From positions 32,001 through 96,000 of IMG/VR virus record IMGVR_UViG_3300005563_000031: a stretch of DNA of 64,000 bases. One strand, written 5' to 3'. A program made the position numbers and the translations under genes. Below are positions 25,201 through 33,877 of the stretch, piece by piece (the first letter of the stretch is position 1; every line of letters begins with the position of its first letter). The notes under the pieces were generated by a model. That model did no database searches. It had not been told where the DNA came from and saw nothing but the letters and a program-made list of their open reading frames with translations. The stretch is from a virus.

Positions 25201-25660
25201 GTAATCCAGCCGAACTCCCAAGGTCTAAGTTCGGCGCTGCAATGTAGGCGGAGTGGTCATAGGGCAGTGCGTGATCAAGGTGGTGTTGGGTCATGTACGA
25301 CCACGGTGCTTGTGCGCCAGCACCGCTAAAAAACACCATATTCTGTGCGGCCAACGTCGTTACGCTTTGGTTGTTGAAAACCGCCGTAACGGCCGGCACC
25401 GGTCCCTCGCACAACAAACCCATGACCGAAGCGCTGTAGTCGTAGGAACTCGAAGTCTTTGACCCGCCGCCCTTGCCGCCTTGCTGTTGAGAAACGGGTG
25501 TTGCGGTGAAGTCAACATAATCAATCAAAATCATCGGCAACCGGTCTGTACCGTACAACAACGGAATGCAATTGCCGTAGGAGGACTGGTTGATCTGGAT
25601 TGAATTGAGCCGAGTAGGTGCTTTACTTTGCGGCTGTTTAGAGGAGAAAATGCCGCCCAT
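22235..25660 (-). CDS. tail tip / host-specificity protein (J-like) with repeated beta-sandwich modules
   Basis: SSYGNCIPLLYG, LPNYTFEV, LLEPMDLI, YLRRGKYG. Confidence 0.85.
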   Translation of the reverse strand: MGGIFSSKQPQSKAPTRLNSIQINQSSYGNCIPLLYGTDRLPMILIDYVDFTATPVSQQQGGKGGGSKTSSSYDYSASVMGLLCEGPVPAVTAVFNNQSVTTLAAQNMVFFSGAGAQAPWSYMTQHHLDHALPYDHSAYIAAPNLDLGSSAGLPNYTFEVSGMCLYTSTMDAHPAVFLVDYCTDPNHGANFPYLAPVDSDQFQTYCTANNFFFSACEQQQRAAQDFINEVLQATNSNCVWSPGTGLRFVPYGDTAITGNGVTYTPNLTPLYSIDDSDYAIDPNTGTSAPVTVSIIPANQTFNCWRIEFLDRTNQYNTAIAEYRDELDVATNGLRVQSAVSLHLIKNRAVAHQIATLMCNRNLYIRNTFAFKLRADFCLLEPMDLIAINDSRMGIVNQLVRITDVTDNPDDTIEIIAEEMVVGPAAAPLYNNQFAQAYVQNFLGDPGPVAKPYMFTFPPSLAAPASNGYELGIAVGGAGGEWGGCGVYLSLDNITYWRVGVVDAPSRYGTTTQLLPAGNDPDTANSVSVQLLQSSPLTMTSGTRADADNILTPCIVDGEIISYQTAQALGDNAFVLTYLRRGKYGSTNTVAHPAGSNFAVIDQDIFRLAFDPGYAGLPFWAKFVSFNLFGGGVRSLSEEVAYQGFFQGQNAGVLEAPGALPLVARNSAVCTGNQIYKKLNAAAAWDSDCYSEDALSGGCVARVVTRTPMLYGMFGLNSDPLTDESFASLDYAWYVSGGFYQIYENGGLVDTIPITATTDTLLEIRYDGKFVTYFADNINWRTIPAPGKSLYFDCSLNSPNFVFDNVYFGLLNPATPTPFVARNGTSVNGVTFAKNLANTTAGWNADVYSLEGYPTAHVFWKVSALTDVMVGLGVRPGLDSGYSTITAAIDCTVSGALYIFKNGTGVTAGAAYLTTDVLGVTWDGTTFRFLKNGSVLDSATGASLGVPTGSAVYLDTSFYAVGAAINSVDYGPTPDALFQDTVQIRNNAATLIASGGVSTTTTGVTNPAGTWYFSYLNATPAPNYDCTMIITATLNAAQVAGTFGDIKMGVWGLRQWSNSPTGSPIVGNDPAVAQSAFFTPLQVVPTGSGAVQSITLQAMLPFTYKAGFYNFITGGTAIVVPSSGSQTINYGSVVVDIEFVIR

Positions 25661-26109
25661 TAAAAGGGACTCCAGTAGCTATGGAACCACGGCGCCATCA
25701 TGCGCTTCTCACAAAACTCAACTCGTCCCGCGCGCCGATGCGCGTGAATGATGTACTCCTCACCCACTGCAATCGCCCCGTGCGACGCGTGCCGACCAAA
25801 CTTGTACATCAGCACGTCGCCGTCTTGCGCCAACTCCACTTTGTGCGCCCACTTCTCGAGGCCTGCCATATACAGTTCCTCGTTCTGGTGTAAGTGCCAA
25901 TTTGGGCTGTAGGGGCGCGGATCGTAAGCGGAATCAACTACACCGATGCTGCTATAAACACCAATTAACAACATGGCGCAGTCCACCGCGCCCTTATCAC
26001 CCTTTACGTAACCACAATCCACATACGGTGTATTGAGCCAGCTAAAAGCCTCGGCCACCGCTGCTTTACGCAGCTTATCAACTTCAAGCTTTGTACGTCC
26101 TTGCGCCAT
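25660..26109 (-). CDS. NlpC/P60 tail-associated peptidase (start approximate)
   Basis: WLNTPY...AVDC, FGRHASHGAI, IIHA. Confidence 0.85.
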   Translation of the reverse strand: MAQGRTKLEVDKLRKAAVAEAFSWLNTPYVDCGYVKGDKGAVDCAMLLIGVYSSIGVVDSAYDPRPYSPNWHLHQNEELYMAGLEKWAHKVELAQDGDVLMYKFGRHASHGAIAVGEEYIIHAHRRAGRVEFCEKRMMAPWFHSYWSPF

Positions 26110-27067
26110 TCGCCCCTCCAAACGGACTCCCCGTCTTCGGTCCCCCCTGACCACCATAATCTTGGCGCGAGCCTTGTATAACGTTACCGCCGTCGTACAG
26201 TGTTTCTGGAACCGGAATGTAAGGATAAGACCTATTTCGTTTTAGATTGTTGAATTTGACGGTACAGGTAGGAATTGTCTTATCACAACCAGGCAATGCT
26301 GTGAACCCCACACCCGCCACCGGTGCAGACGGCAACGGGTATGGCAACGTAAACACACCACCCGATCCCTGGTACGCCTTAACATTACGCGAGATACCCG
26401 CCAACACACCGGTCGTAAACGTAATACGCCCGAGGGTGAAGTAATCGTCCGGCTGCGTACTGATGTTGGTAACTACATGCAACGTATCGGAACCGGCGAG
26501 CACAACGTCTACATTGGTGTAATTAGCCGGCGATAATCCACACCCCGGATCAAACAGCGTGTGAATACATCCAGGAGCAAGGATGTTGGGCGGCATTTGC
26601 ACGTTCAACATCTCGATATCGGAATTGACCGTGACAACAGCTGAGAAACGATCGATTGTTATCTTATTAACGCGCCCCTGGAACCACGGCGTTGCACCCG
26701 GTGTCGTGTCCTTGAAGTCGTTAAGAAACATCTTAGACCAGGTAATGCGCGCGCCGTCGAGGACGCGTTCTTTGCAGGCCTGTAGAAACGGAAATCCTCC
26801 AAGCAACACCGGGGCCACCGGCGAGTCTGCTTGCGGGGAAAACGTAATATCAACCGACTGCACCTGTAGTCCCAAACTCTGTGTCGTCGCACCGCGCGTA
26901 ATAGTAAGCCCGGTTTGGTATAGTTGATTGCCAAAGGGCATTGGCAACTGTGTTGAGGTGAAGTAGTACACCTGCTTACCGCCTGCCAGCGTAATGGTGT
27001 ACAGGTCTGCCCGCTTGTACTGACCCGCGTCCAGTATTTCCCTTGCTGCAACAGAGGCTTGCTTCAT
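26084..27067 (-). CDS. DUF2163/BR0599 baseplate hub protein
   Basis: CIHTLFDPGCG, PGCDKTIPTCTVKFNN..YPYIPVPET. Confidence 0.9.
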   Translation of the reverse strand: MKQASVAAREILDAGQYKRADLYTITLAGGKQVYYFTSTQLPMPFGNQLYQTGLTITRGATTQSLGLQVQSVDITFSPQADSPVAPVLLGGFPFLQACKERVLDGARITWSKMFLNDFKDTTPGATPWFQGRVNKITIDRFSAVVTVNSDIEMLNVQMPPNILAPGCIHTLFDPGCGLSPANYTNVDVVLAGSDTLHVVTNISTQPDDYFTLGRITFTTGVLAGISRNVKAYQGSGGVFTLPYPLPSAPVAGVGFTALPGCDKTIPTCTVKFNNLKRNRSYPYIPVPETLYDGGNVIQGSRQDYGGQGGPKTGSPFGGANGARTYKA

Positions 27068-28503
27068 AGTATCACGCTATGGAATTTAAGCGCCTGTAGA
27101 CTCCAGAATGTTGACATGAACTGTTCAGGTGCGCTGATATCCTCATCAAACCGACAGTTGTAATAGAATTTTCCGGTCCACGTCAGCGTATGCCCACTGG
27201 CCGGCGGCGAACCGGGAGAGGGGAAAGTGACGATGCCCGTCGGACCTACCGAATAGTTTGCGGAGCTGACGAGCACACCGTTGTCGTAGATCTGGATCGC
27301 GGGAGTGGGTTGTACGGCTTGTACGATCTCAAACCCGAATGGGCCGTCTACGTTGTTATTGCCAGCAATGAGCTGGAATGTGCGAGTAATGCCGTCACCT
27401 GTTCCAAACGGGTACGCGGTGACAGAATTAAAAGCGCTGTCCTCATACAAGAACGTATTCGTTTGTCCTTGCATTTGGTTAAACAAGCCTACAATCTTAC
27501 GCAAATCGTCAATTGCCGCAGCCCGGTCCAACAACTCATAATTCAACTCCCACTCCACAATCGGGTACTGCGAGTAGGACAAGGTCGAGGTTTTGCCGGT
27601 GACCGCCTTTTGCACTGTCGTGCGCCACACGTAGCTACGCGCCCCCTCCCACGTCAACCCCTTAATGTTCTGTGGGAATACACTTGGATTACCTACCGAC
27701 AAACTACCGTCAGACAACGTAAAGGTAATCGTGCTACCTACAACAAGGTTGGTACCTGCAATAGGGAATTGCGCCAAAATCGTGTTGATGAGCTGCGCCG
27801 ACGGCAACGTGTTGGTAGAGATCGATAAACCGAGTGCTGCTACTTGAGGGCTAGCGACACTCAACAACTGCCCAACAAAATTCGGTAGCGCGTTCGCTAC
27901 CGAGATCGTATCTACAATGTCTGTGAACGAGCCAAACGGGTCACTAATTCGAGTTACAAAACCAAAGGTTCCAAACGCACTCGTGCTGCCCGTAACATGC
28001 CCTGCGCTCGTCATGGTCAAGCCGGGAGGTAGTGCACCGGAATGGATAGCAAACGTGACTAAATCCCCATCCGGATCCACAGCCACAAGTTGAATGTCTA
28101 CCGTTTGGTTGAGCGTAAAGACTGTATTAGGAAAGAACGTAGTGCCCTGGCCCCCGGCCGGCTGGGGCGGTAGATCGTTAATTGTCAGCGTGCCCTCACC
28201 CGCTAATGTGCGAGTGCCCACATAGTAGGCATCAACAGTAACTGTTTGGCGGGAACCGTCTTTGAACGCGTTGTACTCGTAGACACCGTTTTGGTCTACA
28301 CGCAGGTCATAGTTACCCGGTGCAGCTTGCATGCTCGTAATAAGCACGTCGTTCGCGGAGGGCGTCGGTGTGAGGCGCGGTACGAGGGAATCAGCGCCCA
28401 CAGGAACAGAGCCGACCACGCGCGTAGTCTTCCGACCGAGCAATGTGCGCCCGGCCATGCCGTGCGGCAGTGTTAGATAGCCGGTGTACAGTCCATGTAG
28501 CAC
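27064..28503 (-). CDS. Ig-like + PASTA + DUF2460 (distal-tail-like) fusion
   Basis: DPDGDLVTF..GALPPGL Ig repeat; LPNFVG..ILAQFPIAG PASTA; FGTGDG...WTGKFYYNCRFDED. Confidence 0.75.
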   Translation of the reverse strand: MLHGLYTGYLTLPHGMAGRTLLGRKTTRVVGSVPVGADSLVPRLTPTPSANDVLITSMQAAPGNYDLRVDQNGVYEYNAFKDGSRQTVTVDAYYVGTRTLAGEGTLTINDLPPQPAGGQGTTFFPNTVFTLNQTVDIQLVAVDPDGDLVTFAIHSGALPPGLTMTSAGHVTGSTSAFGTFGFVTRISDPFGSFTDIVDTISVANALPNFVGQLLSVASPQVAALGLSISTNTLPSAQLINTILAQFPIAGTNLVVGSTITFTLSDGSLSVGNPSVFPQNIKGLTWEGARSYVWRTTVQKAVTGKTSTLSYSQYPIVEWELNYELLDRAAAIDDLRKIVGLFNQMQGQTNTFLYEDSAFNSVTAYPFGTGDGITRTFQLIAGNNNVDGPFGFEIVQAVQPTPAIQIYDNGVLVSSANYSVGPTGIVTFPSPGSPPASGHTLTWTGKFYYNCRFDEDISAPEQFMSTFWSLQALKFHSVIL

Positions 28504-28516
28504 AGTAACGTCCTTG

Positions 28517-29284
28517 TTACATGATAATTATTGTATCGCCCGAAGCGAGCGCTGCAGGTAATGCAGTTGTTGTGAAGCGCCGCCCGGCAGTTCCTGTGAT
28601 ATCCGTCAATATAACACCAACCCGCTTCAACATGCCCGTCGATGTCGTAACTAAAAAACCTTTGTTAGCATAAACAGGTGTGGAATCAGTCTCCGTAATA
28701 TCAGAACACTCGAATTGCGTGGTTGTGGGTGTAAAGCTCGCCGCACTCACAGTCCCCGTCGTACGCCCTGCCAGCTCGAGATACAGTTTGGTTGCTGCGG
28801 GACCGTTGCCATTGATCTGCGTAACGTTAACGGGCAACACCCCGCCTGCCGCCGAAATAATCACATCGCCAATCGATTCGATGTCGACCTGTGCAGACAA
28901 GTCGATGATGAATGATTGCGGCGAGCAATTAGAACCCGAGGCTTGCACTGTTACTATCAAATAGTTGGCATTAGACGGCGTCAACGCCGTGTTCAGCAAC
29001 TGCAATTCGTACATGCCAGGATGGTTTGTCATATCAACCGGACCAAACCGACACGAGGCGGCAGCCGGCGCCACGTAAGTACCAGCAGTCGCAATGGACT
29101 GGATCGCGGACCCTGTGTACGAAGTACCCGCCGCTGCGTTGTCCGCAATCACCGAAATACGCAAACCCGATGTGGCGTTGGTTAGTGTGTTGAGCGTGCC
29201 GCCTGTGGTACTGCTGTTATCCATGAGGATAAAGCGAATTACTGCATTTTGGAACGCACCGTTGATACGTGAAATAAGAGACAT
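28517..29284 (-). CDS. virion structural/fibre protein
   Basis: Thr/Ala/Gly-rich, within tail module. Confidence 0.65.
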   Translation of the reverse strand: MSLISRINGAFQNAVIRFILMDNSSTTGGTLNTLTNATSGLRISVIADNAAAGTSYTGSAIQSIATAGTYVAPAAASCRFGPVDMTNHPGMYELQLLNTALTPSNANYLIVTVQASGSNCSPQSFIIDLSAQVDIESIGDVIISAAGGVLPVNVTQINGNGPAATKLYLELAGRTTGTVSAASFTPTTTQFECSDITETDSTPVYANKGFLVTTSTGMLKRVGVILTDITGTAGRRFTTTALPAALASGDTIIIM

Positions 29285-29290
29285 AATCCG

Positions 29291-30523
29291 TTAGCCTCCA
29301 ACAAATCCGCCTGAGAAAATACCCGCCGGCAACATCATGCCACCGGTGCCTCCGCCTCCACCCGTAATGTTCATCGTGAAGAGGTTCGTATCTGCAACCG
29401 CCGTACTCACGGTGTTGTTCGTAGCTCGGAAAAAACACAGCGCGTTTGTCGCATTCGCTACCGGAGTGCCTGAGAACACGTTGCTCGAGATGCTGAGACC
29501 AGACACTGTGAGCGAATTCACAGGTAACGTATAAATCTGTGCACCACTCGAATAGGTCTGGTCGGCGGCAACAAGAATTGTGTTTGCGGTGGCATTTGTT
29601 GCCAGCACGCGCGTTGGTGTGCCGCCGGATGTAACTTTGATGTAGCCGTTAACAGTAATTGACGCAACCGACACAACGGCAATTTCACGCACCGCTGTAC
29701 CGGCACTCGAAGTCGTCGTAGCCGCAGTGGCTGAACCTAACTGCTTAAGCGTCGCAGTGTAGGCGGCTGTCACCTCATCAAACAACGGCAGCGTGCCGCT
29801 CGTACCGAGGTTAATCGAGCTGATCGCTACACCTACAGTGTAGTTCTGCGTGGGGATCGTCGTACCCGTCATGAACGTTTCAATAGACGGATCGCTCGTA
29901 CCGGCACCAATCGTGGCAGAGGGTGTTAGGTCGTTGCTGCCTATCTGGTCTGCAACCGGTGTTTCCGCCACACCTCCCACCGTTGCGAGCTTCCAATAAC
30001 TCACCACACCTTTAATAGCGCGCGGATTGCCGCCGCCGCCAAGGTATGCCATTTCAGCATCCGACAACGCGCGAGCCCACGCGGCCATGTGTGCAGCTTG
30101 CCCGCCAATACCGAACGCGAAGTCACTCGGCCGCCCGGATACGAGCAACGCGGCCATCGCGGCGGGGGAAACAGTGGTACCGGATGTTCCCTTTACCGTA
30201 CCGTTAAGGTAGGAGGCGGCGGAGGAAGTCGACGCAAACACGGCGCCATAATGCTGCCATGTGCTCGTCGTAATCGCGCTCGTGAGTGCCTGGTTAGCAC
30301 CGCCCGAGGAACTGCGGTAGGCACACAGTTTGTTGGAAGCACTCGTGACATCCAGCAAAATGCCAAAGCAGTTTGTCTCACTGTTACTGCCGCCATTTAA
30401 CTGGAACAAGCGCCGGCCCTGACCGCCGGCGTTGTTGGTCCACATAACGAGCGTTAGCGGTACGGCGGTAGCAGGAACCGAGCTACTTGAAAGATGTAGT
30501 GTGCCTGAAAATGTTTGTGACAT
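29291..30523 (-). CDS. LamG/concanavalin-like virion protein
   Basis: TWQHYGAVF...YLNG...WARALSDAE. Confidence 0.75.
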   Translation of the reverse strand: MSQTFSGTLHLSSSSVPATAVPLTLVMWTNNAGGQGRRLFQLNGGSNSETNCFGILLDVTSASNKLCAYRSSSGGANQALTSAITTSTWQHYGAVFASTSSAASYLNGTVKGTSGTTVSPAAMAALLVSGRPSDFAFGIGGQAAHMAAWARALSDAEMAYLGGGGNPRAIKGVVSYWKLATVGGVAETPVADQIGSNDLTPSATIGAGTSDPSIETFMTGTTIPTQNYTVGVAISSINLGTSGTLPLFDEVTAAYTATLKQLGSATAATTTSSAGTAVREIAVVSVASITVNGYIKVTSGGTPTRVLATNATANTILVAADQTYSSGAQIYTLPVNSLTVSGLSISSNVFSGTPVANATNALCFFRATNNTVSTAVADTNLFTMNITGGGGGTGGMMLPAGIFSGGFVGG

Positions 30524-30554
30524 GTGCTTTCCCTAGCAGTCGTATCCCTGTTTT

Positions 30555-33275
30555 CTACGGGCTCGTATCCCAATTGCCCGGCGGCAATTTGTTAGTCCCA
30601 CCGTTATTGCTGTTGACCAAACTAATCATATCGGTGTACTTCATACAGAACCGCGTTGCGTAAACCCAGATCATCACCTGACACCCAAGCCCCGTATGCG
30701 CCGGTCGACTACCCGAGGCGGGGATTGCAATCCGAGTCATCACATCATTCCAAATAGCTTGGAAGTTGTTGTTGGTTGAAGTACCGAGCGGCGGCGGGCA
30801 GTTTGCGCCCGTACCGGCACCGATGCCAGGACCTTCCGTATTACCTATCAAAAACACCGTGTCTCGAATATCGCCCAATGTGCCTGTAAGCCCCGTAAGC
30901 ACGTTGAGGAACGTCGTGTACCACGCGTTGACATTCCCATGCACACCAAACAATGGGGTATCCGGTCCACCGTACCCAAACTTAGCGGGGTAAGCGTTCT
31001 GCAACGTAGTAACAAGGGTTTGGTTTGCAGACGCATCGGCCGTGCCGGCCATGTACGAAGCCGGACACCAAATAAGTCCTTTGTAATTGGTGTTAGCCGC
31101 CATCGTAAGATGCATGTTGATAAAGCGGGTGTTGTAGTTGGTTTGGTCACAAATCGCGTGCCCATTAATATCTACAACAGCCGCAATCGACTCGTCACCC
31201 GTAGCGATTATGTCAACTCGATTATCGGTATCGAGGTCGTGTACGGCTTGCAATACCCCCGCCCACATCTCATCGAGCGCATTCCATATCGCCACGTTGT
31301 CATAATCAAGCTGTTCGCGTGCGTTGGAATTGGTCTGGAAGAACAACTTCATCCAGTTCGTCGGCATCCAAGCGGGCCAGTAGCTCGAATCGGGCATCTT
31401 CATCTTGCCGAGGTAATACGTAGATCCCACCGCTCCCCAACTGCCGGTAATCGTGACGTTGTTGCCTGAGATCGCAGTGACGGGCTTAAGCGAGCCACCC
31501 GTGTTGCACTGTAACCACCCCGAACCCACCGACGTGGTGCCGTTCGGAGTAAGGGTAGCGGTGCTACCTGCAACTGAGGCAATCGTGCCTGACTGCTGGG
31601 ATGGAAACGCGCCTTGCCAGAACTTAATAGTTAAATAAATCTTCTTCGACGTTATCGCCCGCAACCGGCCGAGAATATCCGATAGGTAACTTCTGAAGTT
31701 GACAAACGTTTGCGCACCGCTCGTAAGCGTGGCGTCTGAAATAGAAACCCACGGGAATATGATAACAACACGGTTGAACAAATTAGCCGTGTTGGCAATG
31801 GTCGGAAGCGCTACATTGAGCTGCGTGGACTGATTTCCCGGCCAGGCATCGTGATTGTCGAACCAGAACCCGTGCCCCGGATGAATTTTCGTACCGTTAC
31901 CCCCGCCGCCGCTCGCCGGTTGTTTCGGTACGATGGGTAAATTGGGGCTAAGATCGGATACGTTGTTATTCGCATCGATCGCGCGCAATTGCACGTTTAC
32001 AGCGGAAGCGGACACGGCCGTAAATGTCGTATTGTAGGATTGTTTTGTGGTCGTTATGCCCACTTCCTCAATATTGGCACTAACAGCATTGCCAGCAGAA
32101 GTAGAGGTGAGGAATAATCCGACATTTACCGTCGCGTTCATCGTAACGACTTGCGTCGTGATCGACGTGCTACCATTCTCAGTTAACGAGTAGGAGATAG
32201 TCAGCGTCTTATTATCCGCTGCACGAATGATCTTAACGTAAACGGGACCTACGATAGGCTGACCGTTCGAATCATTGACAACCGTAACAGGCGTAGTGGT
32301 CGCAGTCCCCGCCGTAACGCGTGTGATGACTTTTAAGCCCACTGTGCCGTCCGATGGACCCATGCCCACCGCACACAATCGCCCGCCCGCTACGGCTGTC
32401 TCATGGATGATGATGCCCGCCAGCGCATTCGTAGCTCCGCCCGCCGTGTAGTTGTCAATCTGCGCAACGAGCTGAAATGCTCCCGTAAACTGCCCGAAGT
32501 TGAGGAACAATATTTGTTCGCTTGTCGTGGCTGTAATGCCTGTGCCGGCGCACGACAGCTGCCACACCTTGCCGTTTTGGTTGTATCCGGGAACTGCCGG
32601 GCTCGTAATGTTGCCAATGTTCACGCCCGTCGGACCGCCGAGCGGGTTTGATACCGTAACGATAGGACTCGGGGGTGCAACGACGTTACCGCCTACGAGC
32701 ACATCGACGTGTGCGCTGCCCGACGGGGAAGCGCCGGGCGGTGCAATGTCACACGGTGCATCAAATGTTAAATTGATACTGTAATCCGCTGTGCCTTGCG
32801 AAGCCACAATAGTAGTTGGCGTCGTAGGCGCAACTGTATCAGTTACAGGCCCCGTATTAACAACGTTGAAGCTAAGAAGCGGCGACAACTTAGCCGTAAC
32901 ACCATTCGTTACTGCAACGAGCTGAAAACTACCCGCAACGGGTAACGTGCAACTGTTTGTCAGCTTGTAGGGATCTACACTCGTGCCGCTACCGCTGATT
33001 GCAAAACCGGACGGGCGCGGCAAATCGCCCGTCGCATGTGCAAAGCCAAATTCAAGCGTGGTGGGTGCGACTGTAGGTAAGTCGATGTACGGCGTAAGAT
33101 CAATGGAAACGGGCACGCCCACTTGCAACGCGCCGAGCTGTACGTTTAAGTTGGTGCTCGTCGTCCCGTCCCACGTTACAAACTGATCGGAATTATCTGC
33201 ACCGGTAAGGAAATCGCTCCGTATATAGCCTGTGGGAGTAAGTACAATGGTTTCATTCTGCAGTCCAAAGCTCAC
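30555..33275 (-). CDS. large tail fibre/spike-like protein (FN3, lectin-like, possible TIM-barrel glycosidase domain)
   Basis: GTG start overlapping upstream stop; DTVAPTTP...RAIDANNNVS FN3 ends; K.HPGH and GGPD motifs. Confidence 0.65.
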   Translation of the reverse strand: MSFGLQNETIVLTPTGYIRSDFLTGADNSDQFVTWDGTTSTNLNVQLGALQVGVPVSIDLTPYIDLPTVAPTTLEFGFAHATGDLPRPSGFAISGSGTSVDPYKLTNSCTLPVAGSFQLVAVTNGVTAKLSPLLSFNVVNTGPVTDTVAPTTPTTIVASQGTADYSINLTFDAPCDIAPPGASPSGSAHVDVLVGGNVVAPPSPIVTVSNPLGGPTGVNIGNITSPAVPGYNQNGKVWQLSCAGTGITATTSEQILFLNFGQFTGAFQLVAQIDNYTAGGATNALAGIIIHETAVAGGRLCAVGMGPSDGTVGLKVITRVTAGTATTTPVTVVNDSNGQPIVGPVYVKIIRAADNKTLTISYSLTENGSTSITTQVVTMNATVNVGLFLTSTSAGNAVSANIEEVGITTTKQSYNTTFTAVSASAVNVQLRAIDANNNVSDLSPNLPIVPKQPASGGGGNGTKIHPGHGFWFDNHDAWPGNQSTQLNVALPTIANTANLFNRVVIIFPWVSISDATLTSGAQTFVNFRSYLSDILGRLRAITSKKIYLTIKFWQGAFPSQQSGTIASVAGSTATLTPNGTTSVGSGWLQCNTGGSLKPVTAISGNNVTITGSWGAVGSTYYLGKMKMPDSSYWPAWMPTNWMKLFFQTNSNAREQLDYDNVAIWNALDEMWAGVLQAVHDLDTDNRVDIIATGDESIAAVVDINGHAICDQTNYNTRFINMHLTMAANTNYKGLIWCPASYMAGTADASANQTLVTTLQNAYPAKFGYGGPDTPLFGVHGNVNAWYTTFLNVLTGLTGTLGDIRDTVFLIGNTEGPGIGAGTGANCPPPLGTSTNNNFQAIWNDVMTRIAIPASGSRPAHTGLGCQVMIWVYATRFCMKYTDMISLVNSNNGGTNKLPPGNWDTSP

Positions 33276-33877
33276 AGCAGTATGCTCCCTATAACAATAG
33301 GTTGATCCACCGACCACCAGTTATTCATAAACTGGCTAATAGGCAGCTTATCTTGTGTAAAACGACAGCGGTAAAAGAAACCACCCGTCCACGTTATCGC
33401 GGCATTGTTGGCAGGAGCTGAAGCAAACGTGATAATGCCCGAAGGACCCACGCTCGCTGAAGTAATCACACCATTGACTTTGAATACAGGCGTGCCGTTA
33501 AAATTCTGAATAATGTCGGCCCGGCCCGGCCCGCCCGCATTATGGAAGTTGGCAATTGTTTGAAAGTCCTTGTTGCTCCCGTCGCCCACTCCCATCGGCT
33601 CGTCTACCACGGTGTTGAACGTAGGATCATTGTAGAGAAAGGAATCAAACTGGCCGCCATGTTGGTTAAAAAACCCGGTAATTTCCTTGTAGTCGGAGGG
33701 TGTTTGGTCGTCGCGTAATAAATCGTAGGTAAACTCCCACTCGTACAATGCGTATTGCTGCAATGAAAGCGTAGCCGTTTTCGTCGACAAGGCGTTGGCG
33801 ACCAACGTATTCCATTTCACACGCCGCACAACGGGGAATTCCAACCCCCGCAATACCGGGTAAGCTAAATTACTCAC
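33272..33877 (-). CDS. DUF2460 distal tail protein
   Basis: GFFNQHGGQFDSFLYNDP, GVGDG, WTGGFFYRCRF; follows tape measure. Confidence 0.85.
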   Translation of the reverse strand: MSNLAYPVLRGLEFPVVRRVKWNTLVANALSTKTATLSLQQYALYEWEFTYDLLRDDQTPSDYKEITGFFNQHGGQFDSFLYNDPTFNTVVDEPMGVGDGSNKDFQTIANFHNAGGPGRADIIQNFNGTPVFKVNGVITSASVGPSGIITFASAPANNAAITWTGGFFYRCRFTQDKLPISQFMNNWWSVDQPIVIGSILL

